A stretch of DNA of 64,000 bases from an uncultured delta proteobacterium (lineage in GTDB: Bacteria > Myxococcota_A > Polyangia > Polyangiales > JAFGIB01). Numbering within the stretch: the first letter of the stretch is position 1; the number at the start of each line of letters is the position of its first letter. Of the stretch, positions 31,906 through 41,473 are shown in pieces. A model generated the notes under the pieces. The model was not told the DNA's origin. It saw nothing but the letters and a program-made list of their open reading frames with translations, and ran no database searches. Where the stretch lies: the NCBI GenBank assembly GCA_963778655.1, contig CAVZVA010000005.1, forward strand, positions 576,001-640,000. The letters are read 5' to 3'. A program made the translations under genes and the position numbers.

Positions 31906-32457
31906 ATGCGCTGGTCGCCGGCAATCCTCGCTCTCCTGACCGGGCTGTTGTGTGCCTGGCAGCCGGCTCGCGCCCAGCAGGTGGAACGCGGTGCCAAGCG
32001 CGCGGCCTCGGGTTTCAGCCTGGAGACCGGCGCAGCCTGCAGCGGCCTGACGCCGCAGGAGTGTTGCAGCCAGCGGCTCGAGCTAGCCGGATTCAAGGCC
32101 CAGGGCGACTACCTGCCCCACCTGATCAAAACCACGGTCGAGCTGGCGTGCCGCGAGCAGCACCGGGTGGTGACGGCCCAAGTCTGCAAGAGCATTGCGA
32201 CCTCGCGCGGGTTTTCCCCCCAAGAGGTGGTCGCGATTTGCAAGCCCGCGGCGCGCGAGTGCAAGAAGGACGGCACCTGCCGCAAGTGCACCGCGGACCT
32301 GGCCAAGCTGCACTACCAGGGCTCCTACCACGCTTGTTACGCGCTGACCTACCGGCCTGATCGATCGCGTTCGCGCGTGGTGGTGCTGCACCCCGAAGGC
32401 AAGGCGGACTCCGACACGCGCTTCGAGATCACGCGCCGCCGCACGCGCTTGCAGTGA
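31906..32457 (+). CDS. Secreted Cys-rich hypothetical protein
   Basis: Signal peptide ending ARA-QQ; about 10 Cys; codon usage fits. Confidence 0.65.
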   Translation: MRWSPAILALLTGLLCAWQPARAQQVERGAKRAASGFSLETGAACSGLTPQECCSQRLELAGFKAQGDYLPHLIKTTVELACREQHRVVTAQVCKSIATSRGFSPQEVVAICKPAARECKKDGTCRKCTADLAKLHYQGSYHACYALTYRPDRSRSRVVVLHPEGKADSDTRFEITRRRTRLQ

Positions 32458-32478
32458 GCGCGCGCGAGACGCTCGACC

Positions 32479-33159
32479 TCACTCGCAGTGCCCGTTGTTG
32501 CATTTACAGACCACGCCGCAGGCACCGCAGTTGTTATCGTCGAGCCAGAGCAAGGCCTCGCACCCGGTGCGGGGATCGTCGTCGCAGTCGGCGTGGAGCG
32601 CCTCGCACGTGAGATGGCACTTGCTGTCCACGCAAGTTGCACCGAACACGTCGAAGCCGACCAGCGGACAGGCTTGATCGCACGCGCCGCAATGCTTGGC
32701 ATCGCTGGTCACGTCGACCTCACAGCCGTCGGAGGGGTCGCCGTTGCAGTCCGCGCGCTCGTCACCGCAGGTCGCGACCAGCAGCCCGTCCTGGCACGTG
32801 CAATCAGGGGACTTGCAGGCCGAGTCGCAGCTGCCGCAATGGTTGCGGTCCCTGGACAGGTCGGTCTCGCAGCCGTTGCTGCCGTTGCCGTCGCAGTCGC
32901 CGAAGCCCGCGGGGCAAGGGGCTGCGCTCCCGGCATCCGGTGCCGCCGCCCCGGCCATGCCGCCGCCCTTGCCGGCGGTGCCGGCGTCGCCTTTTGCGAT
33001 CGCGCCCACGTTGCTGCCGAGCGACGCGTCGCGAATGTTGCACGCCACCAGCAACAGCGCGAGCAGCACGGGCCACACTGCGTGCGCCTGCGCCGGGCTC
33101 GCGTCGCCTCTTTCGCTGGTGCCGGCAGCTCCCATGCCGGCATGCCCCCGCTGCAACAT
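32479..33159 (-). CDS. Cys-rich lipoprotein with repeated DC(D/N)xxxxxGCE...CGxC modules
   Basis: Lipobox LVAC; three such repeats; TGATG overlap with the upstream gene. Confidence 0.8.
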   Translation of the reverse strand: MLQRGHAGMGAAGTSERGDASPAQAHAVWPVLLALLLVACNIRDASLGSNVGAIAKGDAGTAGKGGGMAGAAAPDAGSAAPCPAGFGDCDGNGSNGCETDLSRDRNHCGSCDSACKSPDCTCQDGLLVATCGDERADCNGDPSDGCEVDVTSDAKHCGACDQACPLVGFDVFGATCVDSKCHLTCEALHADCDDDPRTGCEALLWLDDNNCGACGVVCKCNNGHCE

Positions 33160-33974
33160 CAGTGCCCTCTGCTGTCGGCTCCAGCGGCCGCGGCCAGCGG
33201 GCACGCATCGCGCACGCGCTCGGCCAACACGGAATGCGGCGTGCTGTGCAGGAACTGCTGCTGCTCGGCGCGCCCGCGCTCGGTCTCGCCCAGCCCGCAC
33301 AGGGCCAGCACGCGCAGGCCGCGCCGCTCCTCAGCGAGCGCACCCTGTGCGAACCGCTGCGCGTGCGTGTCGAGCACGCGCAAGGCGTCCGCGTAGCGCT
33401 GCGCGCGCAGCGCGGTGTCCGCTTGCTGCAGCAGCGCCAGCTCGGCGCGCAAGGTTTCGGGAGTCGGTGCCGGCCCGGCGCTCGCGAGCTGTTCGTGCAC
33501 GCTGCGCGCGGCCCGAACACGCCTCGCCGTTCGAAAGGCCGTGTCCGGCTCGGGCGTCGGCTGCGGCTCCGGCGCCTTCGCCTTCGGCGCCTTCGCCTCC
33601 GGCACGGGCGCCGGCCGAGCGGGCGTGGCGACCTGGGCGCGCGCTGCCGGCGCGACCTTCGCAGGGGCTGGAACCGCCGCCGCCGGCTCGGCCGGCGCTC
33701 GCGTCAGCACCCAGACTGCGCCCAGCGCGCCCACCCCCGCGAGGGCCAGCGCGAGCTTGCCGGTCAGGCCGGCGGAGCTTCCCCTGGCCGCGCCGGCTGC
33801 AGTGCCGGCGGGCGACCCGGCGGGTGCGGGCGCCGCGATACCGTGAGCGCCCAGCGTGACGGCCATGGCCGCGTCGATTCGCGCGCGGTCGGCGGGCGCT
33901 GGATCGTCGGCGTCCCGGGCCGCTGCGAGCAGCGCGGCCGCGTCCGCGCGCAGCATCTCGTCACGCGTTCTCAT
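33159..33974 (-). CDS. Putative anti-sigma membrane protein with Pro-rich linker and TPR-like C-terminus
   Basis: One TM segment; LRAELALLQQA...FAQGALAEER...LALC; overlaps the ECF sigma stop codon. Confidence 0.72.
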   Translation of the reverse strand: MRTRDEMLRADAAALLAAARDADDPAPADRARIDAAMAVTLGAHGIAAPAPAGSPAGTAAGAARGSSAGLTGKLALALAGVGALGAVWVLTRAPAEPAAAVPAPAKVAPAARAQVATPARPAPVPEAKAPKAKAPEPQPTPEPDTAFRTARRVRAARSVHEQLASAGPAPTPETLRAELALLQQADTALRAQRYADALRVLDTHAQRFAQGALAEERRGLRVLALCGLGETERGRAEQQQFLHSTPHSVLAERVRDACPLAAAAGADSRGH

Positions 33975-34635
33975 GCCCGGCTCCCTTGGTGGCGTCCAGC
34001 GCCAGCACGAAGTCGCGTCGCACCGCGCGGATCCGCGCGTAGACGGTGTTGACGTTGAGGTTCAGCGCCGCCGCGATCTCCGGTGCGGTCATCTGCTCGA
34101 GCTCGGCCATCACGAACACGCTCCGCTTGTCCTCATCGAGGCCGTCGAGAAAGGCGTGCACCACGCGTGCGGCGTGAGCCTTGACCGCATGCTGAAACGG
34201 ACCTTGCTCCTCGGGCGCGTGGAGGGTGTCGGCGTCGAGCGACGAGACCTGGCCCTCCTTGCGTCGCTGGCGGCGCCGGTGATTGCGCGCGACGCGCAGC
34301 GCGATCGCGAACAGCCATGCTTTGTAGTGCGAGTCGTCAGGCACCTTGTGGAGCTGGCGCAGCACGACCATGAAGACGTCTTGGACCGCGTCGTCGACGT
34401 GCGCCGTCGGCACGCCCAGCCGGCGCAGGTTGCGAAAGACGAAATCGAAATGTTCGCGGTACAGAGCATGAAAGCGTTCGACGATCGCAGCTGAGGGCTG
34501 CGGCGGCCGGGATTGCGAAACGTCGGCGGTAGGCCGATCGCTGCTCTCCGGAGCCGGGGTAGCCCGCTCTACTGCCTCCCTAATGTCCGGCCGACTCACC
34601 TTCCGTGACCTCGAGACAACCCAGTCCTGGGGCAT
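33961..34635 (-). CDS. ECF sigma-70 factor (myxobacterial type)
   Basis: YREHFDFVFRNLRRLG, DDAVQDVF, AWLFAIA and EIAAALNLNVNTVYARI motifs. Confidence 0.92.
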   Translation of the reverse strand: MPQDWVVSRSRKVSRPDIREAVERATPAPESSDRPTADVSQSRPPQPSAAIVERFHALYREHFDFVFRNLRRLGVPTAHVDDAVQDVFMVVLRQLHKVPDDSHYKAWLFAIALRVARNHRRRQRRKEGQVSSLDADTLHAPEEQGPFQHAVKAHAARVVHAFLDGLDEDKRSVFVMAELEQMTAPEIAAALNLNVNTVYARIRAVRRDFVLALDATKGAGHENA

Positions 34636-34708
34636 TGTGTCAGCTTCTCCCTGCTCTTGCCCGCTTGCGGGCACGAATGCCCGTGGATGCGGCGCGATTC
34701 CTATCCAA

Positions 34709-35743
34709 CTATTGGAATTCATAGGCCAGTCCGAGCTCCGTCTGGAGTGCGATCTGGGCAACCCGGTGGACCTCGAGCACGCCTCCATCGGTCTGGACGA
34801 AGAAGCGCCTGCGTGCGTACGGAACGATGGCACCGACGTCCGCGCCGGCGCTCCATCCGGAGCCGATGCGAAAGCGAGCCCGGGCTCCTGCGCCGGGCGC
34901 TAGCCACAGCGATGCGTCCGAGTGGGGCAGGCGGATGCCGTGCACGTCGCCGTGCATGCTGCCGACCTCGAGCCAACCGCACGGCCCGAGCTCGAAGCGC
35001 TGCAACGGCAAGGCCAGGCACATGCGTGCGCTGGCTGCGACGACGGCGATCTCCAGACGCGCACCCGGCAACCCCGTGACGTCATGCTGGATCGCGGGCA
35101 GCACGGTCGCCCCGAGCGACACGCGAACTGGAGCCAGGTGCAGCTCGAGGTCCGCGCCGAGCCCGAACCCGGGGCTGGGAAGGCTGCCGACATCGACGAG
35201 GGCGCCGACCGCGATTGCGAAGCCGAGCTTGCCGGCCCCGGCGGCGGCTGCCGCGCTCTGTGCGCCGGGCGCGCGGGTGGCCTCGGGCGCGGGGGGCGCG
35301 GCGGCTTGGCTGCGGGTCGGCGTCGCCGCCGCGCGCCTCGCTTGGAGCGTGGGGTCGAGCGCCATGGCCACCAGCAGCGCCGCCGCCTGCACTGCCGCAT
35401 CGCAGTTACCCGCGGATAGCGAGCGCTCCGCCTGCATGCTCGCGCCCGAGATGCGCAGCGTCAGCTCGTAGCGCCCATCCGCGCGGCGCACGATGTCGGC
35501 GTGGGCGGAGACACCACCGGCGTCCAGCTCGCCACTGCCGCTGCCCACGTAGTCCCGGATGCGCGCGCGAAGGTCCTCCGCTTGGGGACACTCCGGCGGT
35601 GCGTTCCAGGCGAGCTCCAGGTCCGGTGGCGGTTGAGCTCGCGCGGTCCGGCTCGACGCCGAAGCGATCGTTGCCACGGCCAAAGCCAGCGCGGCCGCGC
35701 TGCGCCCACGTCTTGGGGGGCGTGGAGTGGGGATTGCGTCCAA
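34709..35743 (-). CDS. Secreted or outer-membrane hypothetical protein (start uncertain)
   Basis: Signal peptide, WNAPPECP domain, C-terminal amphipathic beta-strands ending GLAYEFQ. Confidence 0.65.
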   Translation of the reverse strand: MDAIPTPRPPRRGRSAAALALAVATIASASSRTARAQPPPDLELAWNAPPECPQAEDLRARIRDYVGSGSGELDAGGVSAHADIVRRADGRYELTLRISGASMQAERSLSAGNCDAAVQAAALLVAMALDPTLQARRAAATPTRSQAAAPPAPEATRAPGAQSAAAAAGAGKLGFAIAVGALVDVGSLPSPGFGLGADLELHLAPVRVSLGATVLPAIQHDVTGLPGARLEIAVVAASARMCLALPLQRFELGPCGWLEVGSMHGDVHGIRLPHSDASLWLAPGAGARARFRIGSGWSAGADVGAIVPYARRRFFVQTDGGVLEVHRVAQIALQTELGLAYEFQ

Positions 35744-36013
35744 TCGCTTGATCCGCGCCTCGACCGGCGCTCGGCGCGGGTTCCTCGCGGCTGACCCGTG
35801 GCCGCGACTGCCGCTTGTCCTAGCGCATCTGGTCGGGCCGAAACAAGCCCGGACGCGGGGCTGCTCGCACGCCAATTCAGTCAAGGATTCTGGGGGACCC
35901 GGACATATAGCAGGGGTGCGGAATGAGCCGACACGGACGCCCGGGCTTGAAATCAGCACATCGTTGTTGCGTTTGGCCGGTGTGAGCCAGTAGAGCCTTC
36001 GAGCGTCTTGAGC

Positions 36014-37180
36014 ATGAGCCCTGAGTCGAAGACGAGGCGAGCCCCCGGCCGCAGTGCGCTCCGCGCAACCGTTCGGAGGCGGCGGAGAGGAACGCGCCTG
36101 CTGGCGTACGCGCTCTTCTGCGCGACTTGCATGGCGTCCGCGCGTGGACACGCAGACGAGATTGGCAGCGCGCTCTACATCCGGACCGATACCGACCACA
36201 CCACCGTGATCTCGCCGCACGCGCGCGCCAAGCACGACTTCGGTGGCGGCACCTCGGTGGACGTCTCGTACGGCGCTGACGTGTGGACCAGCGCGTCGAT
36301 CGACATCCGCACCGCGGCCTCCCAGGTGGTGATGGAGCAGCGCGACGAGGTCGACGTCGGCGTGAGCCACGAGTTTCCGGACGTCACAGTGGGCGCCGGC
36401 TACCGCTTCTCGAAGGAAAATGACTACGAGTCGCACGCGGGCTCGGCCTCGTTCTCCTACAACTTCGCGGACAACGCCGCCACGCTGGCGGCCAGCGCGT
36501 TCGTGTCGGCCGACACGGTGGGGCGCTCGGGCGATCCGCTGTTCAAGCGCCCCCTGGATTCGGTGGGCGGCCGTTTGGGCTTCACCCAAGTCCTGGACAC
36601 CAAGACCGTGCTTCAGGCCAGCTACGACCTGGCGTATTTCAACGGCTACCAGTCGAGCCCCTACCGCTACGTCGGCATCGGTGGAGACGGCAACTGTCAC
36701 GGCACCGCCCCGATGTGCGTGCCCGAGCGGGAGCCCGGCACGCGCCTCCGCCACGCGTTGGTCGGCCGCGTGCGGCGCGCATTCGGCGACGATTTCTCCG
36801 CCGGCCTGAGCTATCGCCTCTACCTCGACAGCTGGGGCATCCTCTCCCACACGATTGAGGCCGAGGTCTCGTGGTTGGCAGGAGAGAGCTCGGAGATCGC
36901 GTTTCGCTATCGCTTCTACACTCAGGGAGATACGAAGTTCTACAAGCCGATTTATCAACTCACCGACGATCTGCGCTACGTCACGATCGATCGTGAGCTG
37001 TCGGCGATGGGGATCAACCGCTTTGGCCTGGACCTCACGCACACTTTTCCGTTGGGCGACGACGTGAACCTCAAGGGCCTGTTCTCGCCCGGCATCGACC
37101 TGTACAGCTACAAACACTTCTACGGTCTCAAGCACGTCACCGCGTACGAGCTGAGCTTCGCCGCCGTCTTACAGCTCTGA
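36014..37180 (+). CDS. DUF3570-family outer-membrane beta-barrel protein
   Basis: ADVWTSASID, SKENDYES, GYQSSPYRYV, EREPGTRLR, YRLYLDSWGI, YRFYTQ and DRELS motifs. Confidence 0.8.
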   Translation: MSPESKTRRAPGRSALRATVRRRRRGTRLLAYALFCATCMASARGHADEIGSALYIRTDTDHTTVISPHARAKHDFGGGTSVDVSYGADVWTSASIDIRTAASQVVMEQRDEVDVGVSHEFPDVTVGAGYRFSKENDYESHAGSASFSYNFADNAATLAASAFVSADTVGRSGDPLFKRPLDSVGGRLGFTQVLDTKTVLQASYDLAYFNGYQSSPYRYVGIGGDGNCHGTAPMCVPEREPGTRLRHALVGRVRRAFGDDFSAGLSYRLYLDSWGILSHTIEAEVSWLAGESSEIAFRYRFYTQGDTKFYKPIYQLTDDLRYVTIDRELSAMGINRFGLDLTHTFPLGDDVNLKGLFSPGIDLYSYKHFYGLKHVTAYELSFAAVLQL

Positions 37181-37182
37181 AG

Positions 37183-38403
37183 ATGAAGCGCTTCTGCCAC
37201 ATCGTCGTGCTGATGCTGCTCGCGTGTGCCGCGAGACCGCTGCCCTGTGCCGCGCAGGCCCCGGGCCGCATCCTGCTCGGCGGCGATCCACGGGTACCAC
37301 CCGCGGTGCAGCAGCATCTGGCCGCGGTCCTGGGTCAGGTCGCGCCGGTGGTGCCGAGCACAGTGCCGCCCCGGCCCGGGGACCTCGCCGTGATCGCCGA
37401 GCTCTCCGCGGGTGCGAGCGGCGCGCCCTTGTTGCGCCTGACCTATTACGACGGCGTGAGCGCGTCGCCCTTGTTGCGTGACGAGATGCCGATCGATGGC
37501 GGAACGCTCGGGCCGGCGTACGACTCCTACATCTTGGGGCGGGTGCAGAACGCGACCGCGATGATGGCGCAGCGCGGCCCCGCGCCCATGCAGCAAGCGC
37601 CCGGCACGATGCCGCCGCCGGGCGGCGTCGCGTCCGGCGGCGCGGCTGCTGCGCCCGAGGCCGAGGCCGAGGCCGAGGCCGAGGCCGAGGCCGAGGCCGA
37701 GGAGGAAGGCGGGCGGCCGGTTGCGGTCAGCCTCTCGCTGGGCATGGGGCCCGGCATGCACCAGGCCGCGCTGCCGACGGACTCGGGCAACCAGAGCTTG
37801 CCGCTGTCGACCTTCGCGGCGCTCGACATGCTGCTGCAGATCGACGGAGTCTCGCACCACGGCGCGATCACGCCGGGCGCGCGCATCAGCTATCGCACCT
37901 CGGTCGGCTACAAGATGCGGGACACGCCGCCGTCCGGGGTCCAGGTGAGCTCGCCCGCGCGCACCCACGAGCTGCAGATCGACGCCGTCGCGAACATCAA
38001 TTTCGGCGACAGCCTCAAGGCGGTGTCGCTGCCTCTGGCGGTCGGCTGGGCACTCAACAACTCGCGCACCGACGTGGAGCTGGTTTGGCCGCGCTACACG
38101 CTGGGCGGCCCGCACGCGCGCCTCCTGCTGCGGGTGCCGATCGCCGATGGCGCGTTCGTGCTGGCGCTGGGCCCCGACGTGCAGTGGATCGTGCAGGTGA
38201 GCGGGTCGCTGCAGCGGGCGGGAATCAACCCGACCGGGCTGGGGTTCGGCGCAGAGGTGCAGCTGGCTGCCAAGCTGAGCGAGGGCGTTGCGGTGCGCGC
38301 GCTCTACCGCGAGGCGCATGCGCAGCTCTCGAGCGCGCGGGTGGCCGGCAAGTTCACCGACACCCAACGCTTCATCACGATCGGGGCGGCGCTGGTGTAC
38401 TGA
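37183..38403 (+). CDS. Secreted hypothetical protein with C-terminal beta-barrel-like region
   Basis: Signal peptide, (EA)7 linker, beta-strands ending GAALVY; 2 bp after the DUF3570 gene. Confidence 0.7.
   Translation: MKRFCHIVVLMLLACAARPLPCAAQAPGRILLGGDPRVPPAVQQHLAAVLGQVAPVVPSTVPPRPGDLAVIAELSAGASGAPLLRLTYYDGVSASPLLRDEMPIDGGTLGPAYDSYILGRVQNATAMMAQRGPAPMQQAPGTMPPPGGVASGGAAAAPEAEAEAEAEAEAEAEEEGGRPVAVSLSLGMGPGMHQAALPTDSGNQSLPLSTFAALDMLLQIDGVSHHGAITPGARISYRTSVGYKMRDTPPSGVQVSSPARTHELQIDAVANINFGDSLKAVSLPLAVGWALNNSRTDVELVWPRYTLGGPHARLLLRVPIADGAFVLALGPDVQWIVQVSGSLQRAGINPTGLGFGAEVQLAAKLSEGVAVRALYREAHAQLSSARVAGKFTDTQRFITIGAALVY
37657..37698 (+). repeat. (GAGGCC)x7 in-frame microsatellite
   Basis: Seven perfect hexamers encoding (EA)7. 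Confidence 0.9.
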
Positions 38404-38535
38404 GATGGGGTGAGGGTGCGGATGGGCAGCGGCGTGGGAGTCGAGCGCGGCACCGATTGCCCGGCCACCGGGCCGGCGCTACAACCATACACGGGTGGGC
38501 GTCGCGGCCGAGGCGACGCCGAAGGAGGTGCTTCG

Positions 38536-38784
38536 ATGCGGGCGACGCAAAGCTGGAAGCGGCGGCTCCGCGCAGCCCTGGGACTCGCCCTAGCGTGCTC
38601 CTGCCTGGCCGGACTGAGCGGTTGCGCGACCGTCGCGCCGTACGAGCGCGAGCGCCTGGCCAAGCCCGACATGCAGTTCGAGCCCGACGCCGACGGCAGC
38701 GCCGGCGAGGAGCACGCCACCGCGTACCGCGAGGGCAGCAGCGGCGGGTCTAGCAGCAAGGGTGGTGGCTGCGGCTGCAACTGA
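38536..38784 (+). CDS. DUF4266-family small lipoprotein
   Basis: Lipobox LSGC, VAPYERERLA, C-terminal REGSSGG...GGGCGCN; AGGAGG RBS. Confidence 0.88.
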   Translation: MRATQSWKRRLRAALGLALACSCLAGLSGCATVAPYERERLAKPDMQFEPDADGSAGEEHATAYREGSSGGSSSKGGGCGCN

Positions 38785-38919
38785 GCCGGCTCGCGCGCAG
38801 CGGCGTCCAGGAGCGTGGCTTTGTCCCAAGCTCGGGCCGGACTTGCGGCTTTTTCGACCGGGGAAGAGGGGGACGGCTACGATGTAGGGAACCTGGCGCT
38901 ACAGCGACGGAGGGACCCC

Positions 38920-39402
38920 ATGTATCGAGCTCTTGCCACGCCGCAGCGGCGCGCCCTCAGGCGGGCGGTGCGGACCTCCTGCGAGGCCGTGAGCAGCTGC
39001 GAATTCGAGCTGTTGGGCCAGCGCACGCTCGACATTTCGCCGCGCGGGATGTTGCTCGCGTGCGACGCGCCGGTCGCGCTGGGCGAAGACGTGATCGTGA
39101 GCTTCCGGGTTCCGGGACGCGAGCCGCTGTGGATGGACGCCGAAGCGGAGATCGCGCGCATCGTCTACGGCTTTCGCCACGGCGACCCCGGCTATTGCGC
39201 CGGGCTGCGCTTCACCTACCTCGAGCGCTGCGCCCGCGACGAGCTGCTGGCGCGGCTGGCCGGGGTGCCCCCGCCGGTGCCGCTGCGCAGGCCACCTGCC
39301 ACCTCGCCGGCGCGAGCGGCCGCGGGGCCGAGCGTGCTGCTCAGCCCAACGCTGCGCGTGGGACGCCCGGCCGGCGTGCCGGTAGGCGTGTTTTCGACCT
39401 GA
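38920..39402 (+). CDS. PilZ-domain protein
   Basis: RxxxR (QRRALRR), DISPRG and GLRF motifs. Confidence 0.8.
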   Translation: MYRALATPQRRALRRAVRTSCEAVSSCEFELLGQRTLDISPRGMLLACDAPVALGEDVIVSFRVPGREPLWMDAEAEIARIVYGFRHGDPGYCAGLRFTYLERCARDELLARLAGVPPPVPLRRPPATSPARAAAGPSVLLSPTLRVGRPAGVPVGVFST

Positions 39403-39475
39403 GCCGGCTCAGATGGCCGAGCGCGCGAGGCAGGCGCCGCGGTGCCTGCGCTGCCTCGCGCTGTGCCGCGCGGCC

Positions 39476-40054
39476 TCAACCGAGGTTCTTGTTGGCGAAG
39501 TCCCAGTTGACGAGATGGTCGAGGTAGGTTTCGATGTACTTGGGTCGCGCGTTGCGGAAATCGACGTAGTACGCGTGCTCCCAGACGTCGATCGTGAGCA
39601 GCGGCTTGGCGCTCGTGGTCAGCGGTGTCTCGGCGTTGGGCGTCTTCTTGATCGCCAGCTTGTTGCCTTCGAGCACCAGCCAGGCCCAGCCCGAACCGAA
39701 TTGCGTGGCCGCGGCGCTGGCGAACTCCTGGCGGAACTTGTCGTACCCGCCGAAGACGCCCTGAATGGCTTCGGCGATCTTGCCGCTCGGCTTGCCACCG
39801 CCGCCGGGCTTGAGCGAATTCCAATAGAAGGTGTGGTTCCAGACCTGTGCGGCATTGTTGAACATGCCGGCTTCGGAGCCGCGCACGATCTCTTCGAGGC
39901 TCTTGGACGCCATGGGCGTGCCTTCGATGAGCTTGTTGAGATTGGTGACGTACGCTTGGTGGTGCTTGCCGTAGTGATATTGGATGGTTTCAGCGCTGAT
40001 GTAAGGGGCCAGGGCGTTTTCCGCCCATGGCAGCGAAGGCAGCTCAATCGCCAT
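39476..40054 (-). CDS. sodB: Superoxide dismutase, Fe-type signature
   Basis: HYGKHH, FNNAAQVWNH, FGSGWAWL and DVWEHAYY motifs. Confidence 0.96.
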   Translation of the reverse strand: MAIELPSLPWAENALAPYISAETIQYHYGKHHQAYVTNLNKLIEGTPMASKSLEEIVRGSEAGMFNNAAQVWNHTFYWNSLKPGGGGKPSGKIAEAIQGVFGGYDKFRQEFASAAATQFGSGWAWLVLEGNKLAIKKTPNAETPLTTSAKPLLTIDVWEHAYYVDFRNARPKYIETYLDHLVNWDFANKNLG

Positions 40055-40187
40055 AGTTCCACCTCATTTCGGGTTTGCGGTCGAGCGCAATCCATAAAGG
40101 CAACTGGCCCGAGGCAAAAGCCCCCATTGCGTAATTCGAGCGCCGTGCTCGACAATTTCGTCCGATTTTGCCTCCAGCGGCCCCGCC

Positions 40188-41423
40188 TCAGGGGATCGCG
40201 TCGAGGGCCACCCTGGTCTCGTGACAGCCGTAGGCGTGGGGACGCAGCTGGACCACGGTGTGCAAGGGGATGTCCAGCTGCGGGCAACGTTCGGGAGGCA
40301 CGCCCTGGAAATACGCGTAGAGCGAGCGCACTGCCGCGTTGTGCGTGATCACAAGCACCGGCTTGCGCGTGCGCTCGACCTCGATGATGACCGGCTCCAG
40401 GCGCTGGATCACGTCCTGGTAGGATTCGCCTCGCGGATAGCGGTAATGGAACTTGTCACGGCGGCGCGCGGCGTACTCCTCGGGCATCTCCATCCGGATC
40501 TGCTCGTAGCTCATCCCGTCGCACACGCCGGCATCGATCTCGTCGAGCGCGCGCCAGGAGAGTGACTTGCGGCCCAGCGCCTCAGCGGTCTGCAGCGCAC
40601 GCTTGAGCGAGCTGGTCCAGACCACCACGCCGTTGCGGTCCGCGAACGCGTCGTTGAGACAGCCGGCCAGCGCGCGTGCGTAGCCGCGCCCGTGCGCGGT
40701 CAGCTCGGGGTCGCCGCCGAGCAGGCCCTTGACGTTGTAGGCGCTCTCGCCGTGGCGCGTGAGCCAGATCGGGCGGTCGGTGAGATGCAGGTTCATCAGG
40801 AAGAACACCAGGCGCGCTGCCAGGTAGCCGTCGATGTTGCTCACCGTCACGCTGCGTCCGGCGCCGGTCACCCGCAGGTAGGCGCCCTCGTGGTCCTGCA
40901 GCGGCTCGTAGACGCGCTCGTAGTGGGCGATGCGCGCCCGGAAGTCGCGCACGGCCTCGTCGGGATCGACGTTCTCGTAGTCCGGCGAGCTCAGCTTGGT
41001 GCTGCGGATGTTGGCTTCGATGATGCTCGGGTCGTCGCACAGGATCTCGATGAACAGCACCTGGAAGCCGGCCTGCTCGCAGCGCCTGCGCACCATCGCG
41101 CGACGCTGCAGGGTGCTGTTGGTGGCGTCGTAGACCGCCACCTGTCCGTCGTGCTCCAGCCAGCCGACCATATCGGTCAGCGCCTGCATCGCGACCTCCT
41201 TGCGGGCGCCTTCACCCTCGGGGTTGTCAGGATCGAAGAAGGCGTGGCGCATCTGGGCGCCGACCCGCGCGCGCCGGTACTCGCCCACGTTGAAGACGCG
41301 CGTTCGGTAGCCGAGCCAGGAGAGGTAGCGATCGATCTTGCGGGCGGTGTAGCTCTTGCCGCGTGCCGGCAGTCCGACCATCACCAGCGCGAGCTTCTTG
41401 CTGTCGGGGCCCAGCAGGTACAC
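40188..41423 (-). CDS. Bifunctional 6-phosphofructo-2-kinase/fructose-2,6-bisphosphatase (PFKFB-like)
   Basis: Kinase: MVGLPARGKS, FNVGEYRR, YDATNST, KLSSPDY, DFRARIAHY. Phosphatase: RHGES, SSLKRA, LDEIDAG, RYPRGESY, ITHNA. GTG start after GAAGG. Confidence 0.9.
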   Translation of the reverse strand: MYLLGPDSKKLALVMVGLPARGKSYTARKIDRYLSWLGYRTRVFNVGEYRRARVGAQMRHAFFDPDNPEGEGARKEVAMQALTDMVGWLEHDGQVAVYDATNSTLQRRAMVRRRCEQAGFQVLFIEILCDDPSIIEANIRSTKLSSPDYENVDPDEAVRDFRARIAHYERVYEPLQDHEGAYLRVTGAGRSVTVSNIDGYLAARLVFFLMNLHLTDRPIWLTRHGESAYNVKGLLGGDPELTAHGRGYARALAGCLNDAFADRNGVVVWTSSLKRALQTAEALGRKSLSWRALDEIDAGVCDGMSYEQIRMEMPEEYAARRRDKFHYRYPRGESYQDVIQRLEPVIIEVERTRKPVLVITHNAAVRSLYAYFQGVPPERCPQLDIPLHTVVQLRPHAYGCHETRVALDAIP

Positions 41424-41473
41424 GCCTTCCTTCTTCCCCTGTGGCTGGCCGTCCCGCAAGGCTGGCTGGCGTC

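Noticed and set aside
31906..32457. Cytochrome c in the Cys-rich secreted protein
   Set aside because: CxxC is present but there is no CxxCH heme-binding motif.
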